A DNA stretch of 64,000 nucleotides from Selaginella moellendorffii. Taxonomy: Eukaryota > Plantae > Lycopodiophyta. A program made the position numbers and the translations under genes. Of this stretch, positions 50,501 through 63,757 are shown piece by piece (position 1 is the stretch's first letter; each line of letters starts with the position of its first letter). Under the pieces are notes generated by a model. That model made no database searches. It was not told the origin of the DNA and saw nothing but the letters and a program-made list of their open reading frames with translations. The stretch spans positions 438,499-502,498 of the forward strand of contig NW_003314323.1 in the NCBI RefSeq assembly GCF_000143415.4. The letters are read 5' to 3'.

Positions 50501-51925
50501 TTGGCTTCTTTAACCTGCAGGAAGTAGCACCTGATCATACAGTGAAGCTAGACAGGATTGGAGCGGACGTTCCGATTGTTCGTAGACATGGAAGCAGTCA
50601 CCGAAGGCTAACTATGATCGGAAGTGACGGCTCTCAGCGACATTTCCTAGTGCAGACGTCTCTGACCCCGAGCGCGAGAAGCGACGAGCGGATGGTGCAG
50701 CTATTCCGGGTTTTAAATCGACTCTTTGACAAGCACAAAGAGTCAAGGCGCAGGCATCTGGCATTTCATACGCCCATCATCGTCCCTGTTTGGCCTCAGG
50801 TATGTTTTCAATCCCTATATATATATAGCTAAACTAAGATTCCATATTTTTATCGCTAAACTAAGATTCTTCAGCAGGTCCGATTGGTGGAGGAGGATCT
50901 TATGTACAGCACCTTCGGTGAGGTGTATGAGATCAACTGTGCGAGATATGGACGCGAAGCCGATGTTCCTATCACGCATTTCAAGGAGCACTTGAACCAG
51001 ACCATCACAGGACAGATGAGCCCAGAAGCCGTGCTGGAGCTTCGGCTAAACACGTACAATGAGATCATCACCTCGCTTGTCAACGAGAACGTCTTCTCGC
51101 AGTTTATGTACAAGACACTTCCGAGCTCCAACCATCTGTGGACGTTCAAGAAGCAGTTTGCTGTGCAGTTGGCCTTGTCTGGCTTCATGTCCTACATGCT
51201 GCAAATAGGTGGCCGGTCTCCAAACAAGATCCTATTTGCAAAGAACACGGGCAAGGTTTTCCAGAATGACTTCCATCCCGGTATGCTCTCTTGCTCTTCT
51301 GGATCCTCTTGTGAGTTGTTTATTCCTTACAGCCTACGACATCAATGGCATGATCGAGTTTGCTGAGCCGGTTCCATTCAGGCTCACTCGCAACCTGCAG
51401 ACTTTCTTTACTCCCTTTGGAGTCGAGGGCCTTTTCGTGTCCGCAATGTGTGCGGCAGCACAGTCGGTGACAGCACCCAAGGTCAGCAGAGAAACAGCCT
51501 CTTTCGTTTTTCATTCCAACTGACGAGCTTTTGTATCGCTGCAGAACCAACACCTTCAAAACCACTTGGCGATGTTCTTCAGGGACGAACTTATTTCCTG
51601 GTCGTGGCGCCGTCCACCGGGAATGCCCAACGCCGCTGTGGGTGGCATCTCCCCCACGGAGCTCAAGCAGAAGGTGACCGCAAACGTGGACCAGGTGCTC
51701 GCTCGCGTCAAGGGCATCGCTCCACAAACATACCCCGAAGAGGTAAGTGAGCGACAGCAGTCCTTGTGTTTGTGGAAGCTCACAGCGGTTTGTTTTGTTT
51801 CCCAGGACGACAATTCCAGCGAGCCACCTGTGTCTGTGCAAGCAGCAGTGGCAGAGCTTGTGGAAGCAGCGTTGCGGCCAAAGAACTTGTGTATGATGGA
51901 TCCTACTTGGCATCCCTGGTTCTAA
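38569..51925 (+). CDS. TRA1: TRA1/TRRAP PIKK-family pseudokinase (SAGA/NuA4 scaffold), more than 30 short introns
   Basis: N-terminus MIPINNFEQH..EVRDSIEIV, HEAT region GFRTLEYWIDSLNPEFL and LLGKLGGRNRRFL, FAT region, PI3K-like domain (GSDG..RSDER, PFRLTRN) and FATC end MDPTWHPWF*. Confidence 0.97.
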
Positions 51926-52092
51926 GCGAATTCTACATAGATTTTCACTTGTATATGCTCACATCCTCCGTGTTGTCTAATCTAATTCCATGTGCTAATC
52001 ATATCCTGCAAAAAAAAAAACAAAATGTTTTCGTTTTTACGTTCCTACATAACGAATTCTGGATACAAAAGTTGTAGTACTACAACGTGCTG

Positions 52093-52980
52093 TTACAAAG
52101 TTTTTTGCTTCTTTTCAATAGGACCAGTATTCTCCACAACCCACGGGTGACGGAGTACCTCCTCCACCGTTAGCCTTTGCTCTGGATTGACCTTCAACAT
52201 CCCCAAGATGAGCTCCCTCGCCTCTTTGGACACACCCCCGCCCCACTTCAATGCCCGTTCCACCTCTGCATCCCCAGCACTTTTGAGAAAGCATTCCACA
52301 TCAAAAACATCAGAGAACACCCCCCACCCAGTGACAAGCTCGTACGCAATCAACCCTAGCCCCCACAAGTCCACAGCTTTGGTGTAGTAAAACGGCCAGC
52401 CATCCTTGCCAGCCCTGAGCACATCCGGGGATATGTATCCATTGGTGCCACAGTTCTCGTGCATGTCCTCAGCCACGTCTGTGGCGAGCCCAAAGTCAGC
52501 CAGCTTCACCTCATAAGGTGGCAACAGCCTGGTGAGCAAAACGTTGTCCAGCTTCACGTCCCTGTGCACCACTCCGAGCGAGTGCACCCGTCCTAGTGCC
52601 TCAGCCAGGCTCTTGATCACAAACGCTGCCTCTTGCTCCTCCATCTTCCCGCCAGCTTTATGAAGCCTCTCGCTCAGCGTGCATGAGCCTAGCTCCAAAA
52701 TTAGGGTTCCCCACCATCGGCCACCTTTGAACTTGCGATCCTCCTCCAGCACCACGTCGTAGAGCTGTATTGTCCCTTGGCAGCCGGCTAGCTTGAGCAT
52801 GACCCGGAGCTCCCTCTGTGCCGTCTCTGGTAGTGACTTTGCAGCTAAGAGCTTGCTCCCCATGACCAGGTGGACCGTGCCTTGCCCTCCACTCCCAAGC
52901 TCCATAACCACTCGATAGAGCTTCTTCAATGCTGGCAGTTCCACAACTTTGCCACTCTCGACTTCCCTCCAAATTGTCAT
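52093..52980 (-). CDS. Intronless CAMK-like Ser/Thr protein kinase, 295 aa
   Basis: LGSGGQGTV, AAK, HRDVKLDN, DFG, CGTNGYISPD, VDLWGLG and R.T.EEVLRHPW. Confidence 0.88.
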   Translation of the reverse strand: MTIWREVESGKVVELPALKKLYRVVMELGSGGQGTVHLVMGSKLLAAKSLPETAQRELRVMLKLAGCQGTIQLYDVVLEEDRKFKGGRWWGTLILELGSCTLSERLHKAGGKMEEQEAAFVIKSLAEALGRVHSLGVVHRDVKLDNVLLTRLLPPYEVKLADFGLATDVAEDMHENCGTNGYISPDVLRAGKDGWPFYYTKAVDLWGLGLIAYELVTGWGVFSDVFDVECFLKSAGDAEVERALKWGGGVSKEARELILGMLKVNPEQRLTVEEVLRHPWVVENTGPIEKKQKTL

Positions 52981-53057
52981 GAGCGGTCACAAAGCCCTAA
53001 ACCCTTTAGATAAGTTTATATATTAAAAAGGCAATCTCTTTCTTAGTCTCAAAGAGT

Positions 53058-54338
53058 TCAAAGAGTGGAAAGCTGTTTCACATTAATGGGGTAACTGTCT
53101 TCCACAGATCCTTCCCAGAATCTGTCCGCCAACTCACCATAGACTCTTGAGCTCGGATGAAACTCGTCCCAGTACACATAACTCGAGGTGTCATCGCAGG
53201 TGGTGACGTTTCTCAGGCAGAAAACGATGGCACCATTCTTGCCGATTCCGCTGCAGCAAGCTTGGTCACCAACCTTGTATCCTGAAGATCAACATATCAT
53301 CTTTTTCTGAAGCTTGCCAAGAAGAAGAAAAATGGTTTACCGTGAGCGGCCGGGTTCCGGACAAGATCAAGAACGTAGTCGAACGAGTTTGCAAAGACAA
53401 TGTGCGACCCGGGAAGAGATGAGCTCCACTTTACGACGCTGGCCTTGAGATCCGCATTGAATCGAGCGGCGGCGTCGTTAAGGAAATCCACGCACTTGCC
53501 CCTCTTGGCAACGTTGTATCGCAGCAAGTTGATGGGACTACAACCCAGAGCCGTGAGAGAAGCAAGGACGAACTTGCGGCCGCCGGATCCATGCAGCCTC
53601 TGGAGTTGCTTGTGGTACTCGGCGAGGAGGAGAGATTGAAAGCGCTCGGGAGTGTATTGGACGGCCAGGGGCGAGGCCGGAAGGAGGTAATAGTTGTTGA
53701 CAAGATCATTGCTGCCCACGGTGATGTAGTAAATCGCTTGGGACGAGAGCTCCCGGGCTCGCTTGGATCCAAGCTTGGCGGTGATGTTGTTGCCCAGAAC
53801 GTTTTGGAAGTGATCGACTTGGGCTGGAAGAGAGAAATGCTGGCCCTGCTTGGACAATGAATTCAATGGTAAATGATAAAAGAAGTTCTTATGAAACTCT
53901 TACAAAGACGAGGCCTGTTGACTCGAGCAATCCAGATCCAGCGGATGCGAAGTTTACACCCTGCAAAACATTGTCATTCGCAGAAACGTATGCTGGAGCT
54001 AGATCAAGTCCCAAGCGCGATGCTGGATATCACCAAATCAAAAGCAAACGAGCGCTCTTTGTAAGTTAGATCAATGACAAAACTTTTGGAAGATCACAAA
54101 AAACATTACCCAAGAAGTCTGGAACAAGCCGTCCATTTGCAAATCTCCCAGTTGGACGCTGGCTCTGATCAAAGTCCTTGCCATAGGGGGGGAAGTTTGC
54201 TTGTGCCAGAGTGATTAGAGCATTGTTGTTTCCAGCATCCACCATGGAGTCTCCAAAAACGAACAACGCTGGAACTTTGGCTTGAGCTTCAGATGTTACC
54301 AGTGATAGCACTATAACCATGGTGGCGATCAAAGCCAT
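53058..54338 (-). CDS. GDSL esterase/lipase (5 exons), copy 1
   Basis: [40 protein letters not shown] and [10 protein letters not shown], with a signal peptide. Confidence 0.93.
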
Positions 54339-54792
54339 AGAAACTTCTAGCCTGACCGTTTTGTAAAACTCTATGGAGGAGCTAAAAACCCATTCACCAA
54401 ACATTCACTCGCTCCGGTTCGAGACCATCTTTTTTATGCTTGGAGCGCTCATATAAATGCCGGGCTATGGAAAAGCGTGTAGATGGAAGCGACCCAAAAA
54501 GAGAAAAAGCTACAAAGAAGCTCAAGAACAACTTGATTTTTCGCTAGAGACTGACAAGGAGGACAAAAATTTCAAGCAAGCACTGTGCTAGAACTAAATG
54601 CTCCGAAAGAGAAGAAAATAATGGCAGCTTTGGCTTCCGTTAGGAAGATGGTCGACTTCTTCCACCAAACCCAGGCAGCATTAAAACTTTCGACGTCTGG
54701 TGGATGGATCTGGCCGTGGAAACATTTATTCCTTGATCTTATTTTTTTGCCTTGAATCGCTGGAACAATATCGCTGGAACAACGTCGCAGCC

Positions 54793-56096
54793 TCAAAGGA
54801 TTTGCTGGATGTTCATGGGATAAATCTCGTCCTTGCCACCGCTCCAAAAGTTTCGAGCCAGGATCTCGTAGATTCTGCTGCTGGGGTGGAACTCGTCCCA
54901 GTAGACATACCTCGACGGGTCTTTGCACGAGGGAACGTCTGGGAGGCAGAAAACAATGGCCCCGTTCTTGCCGATTCCACTGCAGCATGCCTTGTCACCT
55001 TCGTCGAATCCTGTGATCTCGAAACTTTCAAGGAGCGAAAACCAAAAACAAGGAACGAAAACTTCGTCACGTACCATTTGCAAGCGGATTCAAGGCCGCC
55101 TTGTAGACCATGTCGTAGCAATTGCCGTGGAGGAGCTTGATTCCTGGCAAGCTTTCTCTCAGCTCGCTCAGCATGGATTCCACGGCCTTGTTGTACAACT
55201 TTGCTGCATCGTTTGGCTCCGCAGCACACTCGCCTGGCTTCTTGATGAGGTATTTGAGAAGATTGATGGGACTACAGCCGAGTGCCGTGAGTGATGCAAT
55301 CACAAATCTCCTCGCTCCTTCACCATATAATGTCTGGAAGTGAGAACCACGACCTTCAGTGCTGGACAATTTTTTTTGAATCTACCTTGATTTGCTCCCT
55401 GAAAACTACAATGAGGGAGTCTTGGAACTCTTGAGGCGATTGCGTTCTCAGCGGAGCCCCGGGGAGGAGGTAGTAATTGTTAACCAGATCGTTGCTGCCA
55501 ATTGTGATGTAGTAAATGGCTTTGGAGACCATGCGGGAGGCCGATTCCGGGCCGAGTTTCTTCACAAGCCTTGCATGGACTTCCTTGAAGCTCGCAACCT
55601 GCTTTGGAAGCGGAATGTGTTCTCCCTGGAGATAATTGACGATTGAGACAAGAACAAACCAGCAACACAACAAGATCTCACTTACAAACACATTCCCAGA
55701 GGCTGGAAGCAGGCCCGCTCCAGATGATGCAAAATTCAGCCCGTGGTCGATGTTGTCTCCCGCCGAGAGATACGTCTCCGGGAACGGAAGACCAAGGAAT
55801 GATGCTGAAAGCTCGAGAAAACATATAAGCGGCAAACAACAGTGACAGAGAAACTCACCAATGAAGTCTGGGACCAGCCTTCCATTTGCAAATCGACCTG
55901 TTGGCTTGTGCGTGTCGAAGTCTTTGCCGTAAGGTAGAAAATTGGCCTTGGCCAACGATTGGAGGTTGTTGTTGTTCCCTGAATCCACTAAAGAGTCCCC
56001 GAAAACAAAAACTGCCGATACATCGTAGTTTTTAGCCAGTGCCGAGCTACAAGAAAGCAAGAGAAGAAATGAGACGATGCACAGGTATGGAGCCAT
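54793..56096 (-). CDS. GDSL esterase/lipase (5 exons), copy 2 (tandem paralogue)
   Basis: [50 protein letters not shown] and YPMNIQQIL*. Confidence 0.93.
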
Positions 56097-56541
56097 CGTC
56101 TCTTCTTCAGCCCGACTGCGATCCTACAAAAAGCAGCTACTGTCAAATGCAAGAGGTCTAGACTTCTAGTTAAGACAAACGCCCCAACTGTCCTCCAGAA
56201 GCTTTATAGACTTTGTGCAGAATCTTGAACTTTGAGAGCTCACCTTACTCTGTATGAAACAGCTGTGAACCATCAAGGCCCTTTTGCCCGAGTGGTCATC
56301 CCCACCTCGTTGCTGATGCTGCTGTGGTTGTGGAAAAGCTGCAACAAAGAAGCGTCGCATGAGTTAGCCAAGTTGAAAGGTCACCTTTTTTAGTTTAAGT
56401 GCTCTTGTTAATCCACGTAAAGTGAGTACGAATATCTGAAACGGGGTAAATGATATTTTTGCTATAAACATTGTCTCTCTGCAACGACAACTGAATTAAA
56501 TAGTGTAAAAACAGTTCAACAATTGCGGTAGGAAGAACTTT

Positions 56542-57928
56542 TTACATATCCCAGACCCTGTTAGCGCCTGGGTGGTGATACGGCGGATACGGAGGAATCA
56601 CCCCAGGATGGTGCGCCCCAAACATGTCAAAGCGACCCATCCCTGGATGCATGAAGTGCGGGTAGCTAGAAACCGGAGGAAAATGATCTGCATCCAAAAG
56701 AAGACGAAGTAAGCTCCCGTAGAAACTGTGACTCGAACACCTCAAATTTAAAGACCTCTTCTGTTGTAGCCCGAGGGAGGAGATCCTTTGTAGGAATCAC
56801 GCGGCCTAGGGGAATAGTACTGTCTATCCTGTCTATCGTAGCCTCGTCTCTCGGATGGGGAATATGACCTGCCAAACACGATGGAAAACAGAAGATAAAT
56901 TAGACTTAGATTACCTGGAATGACGACGACGTCTAGGTGAAGACGAGGGATGCCTCGGTGACCGCGAACGAGACCGCGAGCGACCTGCAAGCTACAAGCT
57001 AACAAGATATCCAGAAAAAGAAAATAGAACCTCTTCGAGGGGACCGCCTTGAGCTTGGCCTGTCCCTATACATAACAAGAACAACGCTCAGTCTGATCCA
57101 CTTGAGAGAAGTCTTGGAATGACTTGACGGAAAAAGAATACCTTGACGTTTCCTTCATTCTCATCTCTGCTGGCTTCTTCCGGGTTTCTTCGGCAAAAAC
57201 CACTGAAACTTCACGGCCCCTGATGAGCTGGTGATTCATCTTGTACTGCGCTTCAATGGCATCGCGAGGATCGATGAACTGTACAAAGCCGAATCCCCGA
57301 GGCTCTCTGCAAGATGCGGTGCGAGTTACAGATTTCACTTGGCAACTTCTAAGACGAGTGGAACCAAACAGCTGCCAGGCCAGGGTCTTTTAGAATCTAT
57401 CTCGACTTGGTAGTCTTCACCACTGAACTTCAAAAAGATGCTAAAGAAGAACGCCACTATCTCCCCAAGAACTACAGCTTAGCTACAAAGACCATCTTCA
57501 AGTCTGACCTTCTCTTGCTTCTCATCTTGAGATCTTCTCACGGCCCTTCATTCAACACTAAAGTCTCAGCAAATGTAAACTTTTTCTTTTTCTACTTTAG
57601 TCTAAACAAGCAAAGAAAAGAAAAACACACTCAAGCATCACGCCCCAAGCGCTTACCCGGAGTAGAAGTCCTTGGGAAGATACACATCCTTGACAGCTCC
57701 ATAGCGCTCGAATGGGCCTCTCAGATCATCCGCCCTGGAATGGCAAAGAATCAAACCACTGCCCACAAAAGAGGATTTGTACCTCGTGTCACGCGAGATA
57801 TTTCGGACCAGCAGGCTTGTCGGCGGCTCCCCGCGGCCTCCTCGCGGGCTCGAGCTGCGGCGCCGGCTGCCACCGCTCCGCCGGGACGACGGCGGAGGGC
57901 TCTCGTAGGGACTTCGTCGCCGCTGCAT
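56542..57928 (-). CDS. SC35-like (SCL) serine/arginine-rich splicing factor; 3' end uncertain
   Basis: RS-rich N-terminus, RRM PTSLLVRNI..DDLRGPFERYG.VKDVYLPKDFYSG|EPRGFGFVQF..VVFAEETRKKP.EMR, then an RS domain. Confidence 0.9.
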
Positions 57929-58609
57929 CTGATTCGCTAAGGTAGAACCCTACTCTTCGAGCTAGGTCTTCATAATAAGTTTTTCTATAAAAAAGTACAA
58001 CTCTCTTTACTCCATTTTCTTGATTCATTTGAATATTATTCTTTTTTATGTTTCATATTATTTTTAGTCACATTTAAATTGAAGACATCTGTCATTACAA
58101 TCTTTAGAAATAGGTTGGCATCAAGATAGGTTTTTGGTTTGCTAAAAAAGTGAATATACCTAGGATATGCTTAGAATAATAAACTTTTTTTTCCAAGATC
58201 AACTAGAGTTACCATGCTTTTCATGTGATTCTTTTTGAACCACCAACTTCCACAACTTAACAAGTATGAAGCTAGAAACATGAGTGTTTGATCAACACCA
58301 ACAGCTAGAACACAATGATGTTGTTTATATTGCCAATTTGAAGTTTCATGAGAAAAAGTTGTGATGATTTATCCTCAAGCCAAGATTGAAAGTCAAGCAC
58401 ATGGAATCAAGTTTAGATAAATTTATTGATGTCCACATACTAATACAAGAGACCTCATAATAGTAGTGTTTTCTTTATACTTAAAATATCAAAATATATT
58501 CTTTAATCTAACAGTTCTAAAGGTTTATGCTAATATTTTTATTTATGACTAATACAATCTCTCCCCCTTCCACACATATAAATACTTAGAGTGCATAGTT
58601 CTCATTGAT

Positions 58610-59777
58610 CACTTCAAATGTCGCAAATGTGACTTCGGGCATCGAAAGTTATCTGTCGACTAGTCTTTATGGACACTTTTTCCTTACTGCCACAATGGCA
58701 GGAGGTCAGTATTGCTGGACCCGTTATCAGTCTTTACCTAAACTAATTAAGAAATTAGTCATCACATGTGCACTTAGATCAGAAGGGCACTAAGGAAGGA
58801 AATTCTAAGTTGTCATTTAGTCAAGTAGACTTGATATGGTGATGAGAAACTTATGATGTTAGCTTACACTTGCTAGTGTTGGGAACCGAGCTTGGTCCCT
58901 CAATATCGCTAGATGATAGCTTATCGTATTTGCCAAACACCCTCGCTATCATGCCCTTTGTGTTAGTCTTATTTCGGTCCCAAATGCTATTTATGGAAAG
59001 TGTCTAGATTTGCTCATTTGGCATATCTACGGAATGTAGAGATTGTCCTGAACACAATGGTGTTCATCCCGTGTCCAAATTTGCAATCTAGAGGCATTCC
59101 ATATTTAGTAAGTTTCAAGCTTATCCCAGAGACTAACTCTTGATACTAAGGCAGGCTTGGGGTGAAAGCCCAAAGTGTGTGTTCCTCAAGAGCGGGGGGG
59201 GAGGGGGGTTGTGGGGGGTTCCAAATGTATAGTAGGGATAGTGGGTAGGTTGGGCATGGCTAACTAACCTGAGGCATAGTCTAGCTTTCACTTGCATGCC
59301 TGTCCTTGTTCTGCGTCCGGCTCAGGTCTAAGCCTAAGTTCCATTCCATGCTAGCTAGTGGAGTACCCATGTCCTTGCGTTAGGCCACCGGTATGCTGAA
59401 ATAGCGCCAGACTCCATTTGGCTCCGTTTTGCGTGTTGGTTTTGGCATTGGGATGCTGGTTACTCTAGAATTATTCCAAGTCGCTTCGAGCTCCTGTCCC
59501 TTCGCTCCTTGGGCTTTATGCTCGAGAGTTGCTCTATGGTTCAGTTCTGTCACTCCTTGGCTCCAAGCTTGGGAGTTTGGTACCGTTCCTTCGTTCAGTG
59601 GCCCAAGGCTCTGAACCATGGGTTCCACACCAATGTCCTGTGGACACGTGGCATGGACATATGCCATGTGACACGTGGCATTTGACACGTGGCACATGGA
59701 GGGTTTAGGTTTCGCTTCGTGGTGTTATCTTATGGTAAATCACTATAGGATAAAGGGTCAAAACCACGTGCGCTACA
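58610..59777 (+). mobile_element. LTR fragment (3' part) of the family at 7112-8230
   Basis: Reverse-complement homology to 7112-8230. It ends at the LTR terminus ...aaaaccacgtgcgctACA with no PBS after it. Confidence 0.8.
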
Positions 59778-60489
59778 TCAAATCATAAATTCTAAATATT
59801 TTTTAACAGTAAACAACCAAAGGGAATGACTTGACAAATGATTCATTAAAGTTCAAATATAAAAGAAAAAACTTATGAATAAAATTGCATTTTTTTCCAA
59901 TTAGTTAAGGGTTTCGGGATACTTGGGGTTAAGTGTCATTAGATTTAAATAGTACTGAGTTAGTGACTTCCTAAAAAGTCCAAAAAACTCATAAGCTTAT
60001 ATTACCCTTATCATACACATCAATAATGGATTCATTTGAGAAGTTGATATATTCCATAGGGATTTGATATTTTGAATTTGATGAGCTCCATTAGTCTCCC
60101 CAATACCTTAGTGGCTATTTAAAATAGTTGTTTATTGGGATTTATCTTTGATAAGACTCAAGTTTTAACACTATGATATACATTTTAAATATTATGTAAT
60201 ACTGAAGGATCTTTATAGAGTTCTTTATGGTTTTTCCCATAGGGAATGGGCATTGATAAGTGTTTGTCTTTGCTCTAGTTTGTTTATAGTAGCACTTAAC
60301 AATCAATTATTGATATGTCTCCATTTATAGTGAAATATGGTTATAATCTCATAGAGTATTCTTAAAATATTCCTATGGTTTATGTTGGAAATAGCCTCCT
60401 ATGTATCTTCATCTAAATAATCATTCTATTGAACTAACAACTCCCAAGTTATCTTACGACATGTCTTCACCAACCTATGAACAAAGGGA

Positions 60490-62540
60490 CAGAAGCATGG
60501 AGCAACGTTAGAACAATCTTAAAACTTCCACCATCCCAATGTTAGAACTAACATGCAAAACAAAGCTAGGCGCTATTTCAACATACTAGAACACAAGGAT
60601 ATGTGTATATGTGTCCTTGTTTTATGTCTAGCTTAGGTCTAAGCTTAAATTCCATACTATCCTAACTAGTGGAGTAAGCAGAAGTTAAATTATACCTTAG
60701 GTTGGTCGTCCATGCCAGATCTAGTCACTATCCCTACAAAAATTTATTAAATATGAAATAGTGTTAAATTGCAAATTTAAATGTGGGAATAACACCATTG
60801 TATTTAGAACAATCTCTAAATTCCATAAAATGCAAAATTAACAAATTTAAACAATTTCCATAAATAGCCAATGGGATCAAACAAAACCAACATATGAAGG
60901 AATGATAGCAAGGGTGTCTTGGTAGACATAATAAGCTATCACATAATAAATATTAAAGGACCAAACTTAATATCATATGAGTTCTTAACATTAGCAAATG
61001 CAAGTCAATGAATGAGTTTTTCTAACCAAATTAAGTATGTTTGACTAATAACATTTAAAAATTCCATTTTTATGCTATTTTAGCCAGTTGGGTGACCTCC
61101 CGGGAAGTCCAAATTCAAGAGGTTATATTGTAGTAAGGGCATATCATCTTTTGTAAGATGGGTGACACCCAAAGCAACAAGGGTGGTTAATTTGATTGGT
61201 TATTTCCATATTAGTGAAGGCCACAAGGTATATGAATGATAGTGTATTTTAGTTAAATAGAGAAGTTGCCCCTTAACTCATTTAAGTTGGTGCATTTTTC
61301 ATAAAGTATAAATACCATAAGCTTTTTTTGAAGTTGTTTCCTTAGGGATGGTCTAGACTAAAGTATGTATCAATGAGGATGTCAATCTTTTCTAAACAAG
61401 GGAGAGTGTCGCGAATATAATTATAAGTATTGAAAGTTATATATTGATAAGTCCTTTCAGATTTTTTTCTTTATTGCTATGATGGCAAAAGGTCAGTATT
61501 ATTGGACCCTTTTTTTAGTTTCCACCCAAACTAGTTGAGAAACTAGTCTTTGCATATGCACTTTAGTACTATTTAAACCCAATGATATTTAACCCCAAGT
61601 ATCCAAAGACTTTTAATCAATTGGAAAAAGGGATGCACTCATATTTACGGGCCCTTGCCCTCTATATTTGAACTTTTATAAATCATCTTTTAAGTCATTC
61701 ATTTAATTGTTTATAATCCACCATATTTTCCTACAAGTTCATACTCTCGTGGATGGAAGCTAACAGCCATAGCTCTTCTAAGACCCTCACTCTTTTGACA
61801 CTCAACCCAAGGTCTCTTAACACCCTACTTCTCAAGTTGAGCCCAGCTAAAGGCAAACTAAACTTATTAAATATCAATATCAACATATAATGTGATTCCC
61901 TTAAGTCAACTAATAGAGTTGAACTTGAGACCCCTTTAATAATAAATGTAAGTTATTGAATTTAGACTCTTGAGAGATCACTCAACCCACTGCTATTTAA
62001 ACCCAAAGATGCCTAACCCCAAGTATTCAAGACCTTTAACCGATTAGAAAATGGAGTGCACTTTTATTTATGGGCCCTTTCCCTCTATATTTAAACTTTT
62101 ATGGATCATTTCTTGAGTCGTTCTTTTTGGTTGCTTATATATAGGTGATATAGAAAGAGAAGCTAAAGGCCTCAATCTTCATGAGTAAATAAACAAAAGC
62201 CATTAGTAAGGTTTAGATAGACTATTGTAAATAAGCGGCTAGAGTTGTTTATACAATCATGCCCTTTGAATGGAATAAGGAACATTGACAAAGAAGTGAA
62301 TGATGTGACAAGTTTATAATAGCTATCCCATAACTAAAGATTTTACCATGCACACAAAATACCGAAGCCAATCTTCCTATACTAACTCAAACTTAAAGAT
62401 AAAAAAATGGACAATATCAAAGTCAAAGATAATGATATTTTAGAGACAAAATTATTAGTGAATAAATCTTATATTAGAACATAAAAGTATTCTAGTTAAG
62501 TTATCATCTAATAAACCAAGATTATAGGATAGGAACCAGA
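60490..62540. mobile_element. Scrambled fragments of the same LTR family in alternating orientations
   Basis: 60790-61090 and 62160-62540 match 7790-8070 and 8520-8890 directly. 61100-61560 matches about 8090-8500 inverted. A unit of about 150 bp is at 61570-61720 and 61990-62140, and inverted at 59810-59960. Confidence 0.7.
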
Positions 62541-62589
62541 GGTTAAAGTCACGAGAGTAAAAATTCAATAGTAAGTATATCATCAAGAA

Positions 62590-63757
62590 AACTCAATAAT
62601 AAAATTTAATGTTGCAAATGTGACTTTGGATATCAAAAGTTACCTCTTGGTTAATCCTTTTAAATATTTTTTCCTTACTACCACAATGGCAAAAGTTTAG
62701 TATTGCTAGACCCTGTAAGCCACAAATTTTTCCTTTCCAATTTGAACTCTATGGACCGTCTCTCAAGTCATTCCCTTTGGTTGCTTATAGACCCTTTATC
62801 AGTCCCTTTTGTTCAAGTGTTAGTAAACTAGACTTTGCATTTATACTTGGTCGGATGAGCATAAGGACGGAATTCCTAAATGTCTATTTTAGCTAAGTAT
62901 ACTTGGCTTAGCTTGTTAGTTCTCTTTTGTTTTGTTTTGCACTAGCTTGACAAGAACCCTCACGTATTGAAACTAGTTCCTTAATAACACTACATAATAG
63001 CTTATTATATCTACCAAACACCTTTGATATTATAATCCTTTGTATTAGTCTCATTCTAGTCCCAAATGTTATTTATGGAAAGTGTCTAGATTTACTCATT
63101 TAGCATATCTACGGAATGTAGAGATTATTTTGAACACAATGGTATTTGTCCCGTGTCCAAATTTGCAATCTAAAAATATTCTATATTTAGTAAGTTTTAA
63201 GCTTGTTTTAGAAACTAACTCCTGGCACTAAAGGTGGCTAAAGGTGAAAGCCCAAAGCATGTGTTCCTTAACGGGGGGGAGGGGGTTGTGGAAGGTTCCA
63301 AATGTATAGTATAGCTCCCATTTGTATGCTTGTCTTTGTTTTATGTCCGACTTGGGTCTAAGCCTAAGTTCTATACCATGCTAGTTGGTGAAGTACCTAT
63401 ATCCTCATGTTAAACCACCAGTATGTTGAAATAGTGCTAAAATCTATTTGATTCTATTTTGCATACTAGTTTTGGCATTAAGATGCTAGATACTCTAGGA
63501 CTATTCCAAGTCACTTTGTGCTCCTGTCCTTTCGCTCCTTGGGTTGTAGGCTCGAGAGTTGTTTCATGCTCCAATGCCTTCACTCCTTGGCTCTATGCTT
63601 AGGAGTTTGGCTCCGTTCTTTTGTTTAGTAGCCCAAAGCTCTAAAACTTGGGTTTTGCACCACTGTCCTTTAGATATGTGGCATGTGGCATGTGGCATGT
63701 GACATGTTGCACATTAAGGGTTTAGGTTCCGCTTCATGATTATCCTATAGTAAATCA
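62590..63757 (+). mobile_element. Second long LTR fragment, direct repeat of 58610-59745
   Basis: Colinear similarity to 58610-59745 (for example atttatggaaagtgtctagattt, ggtgaaagcccaaag, tgtggcatgtg repeats). Truncated just before the terminus. Confidence 0.8.
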
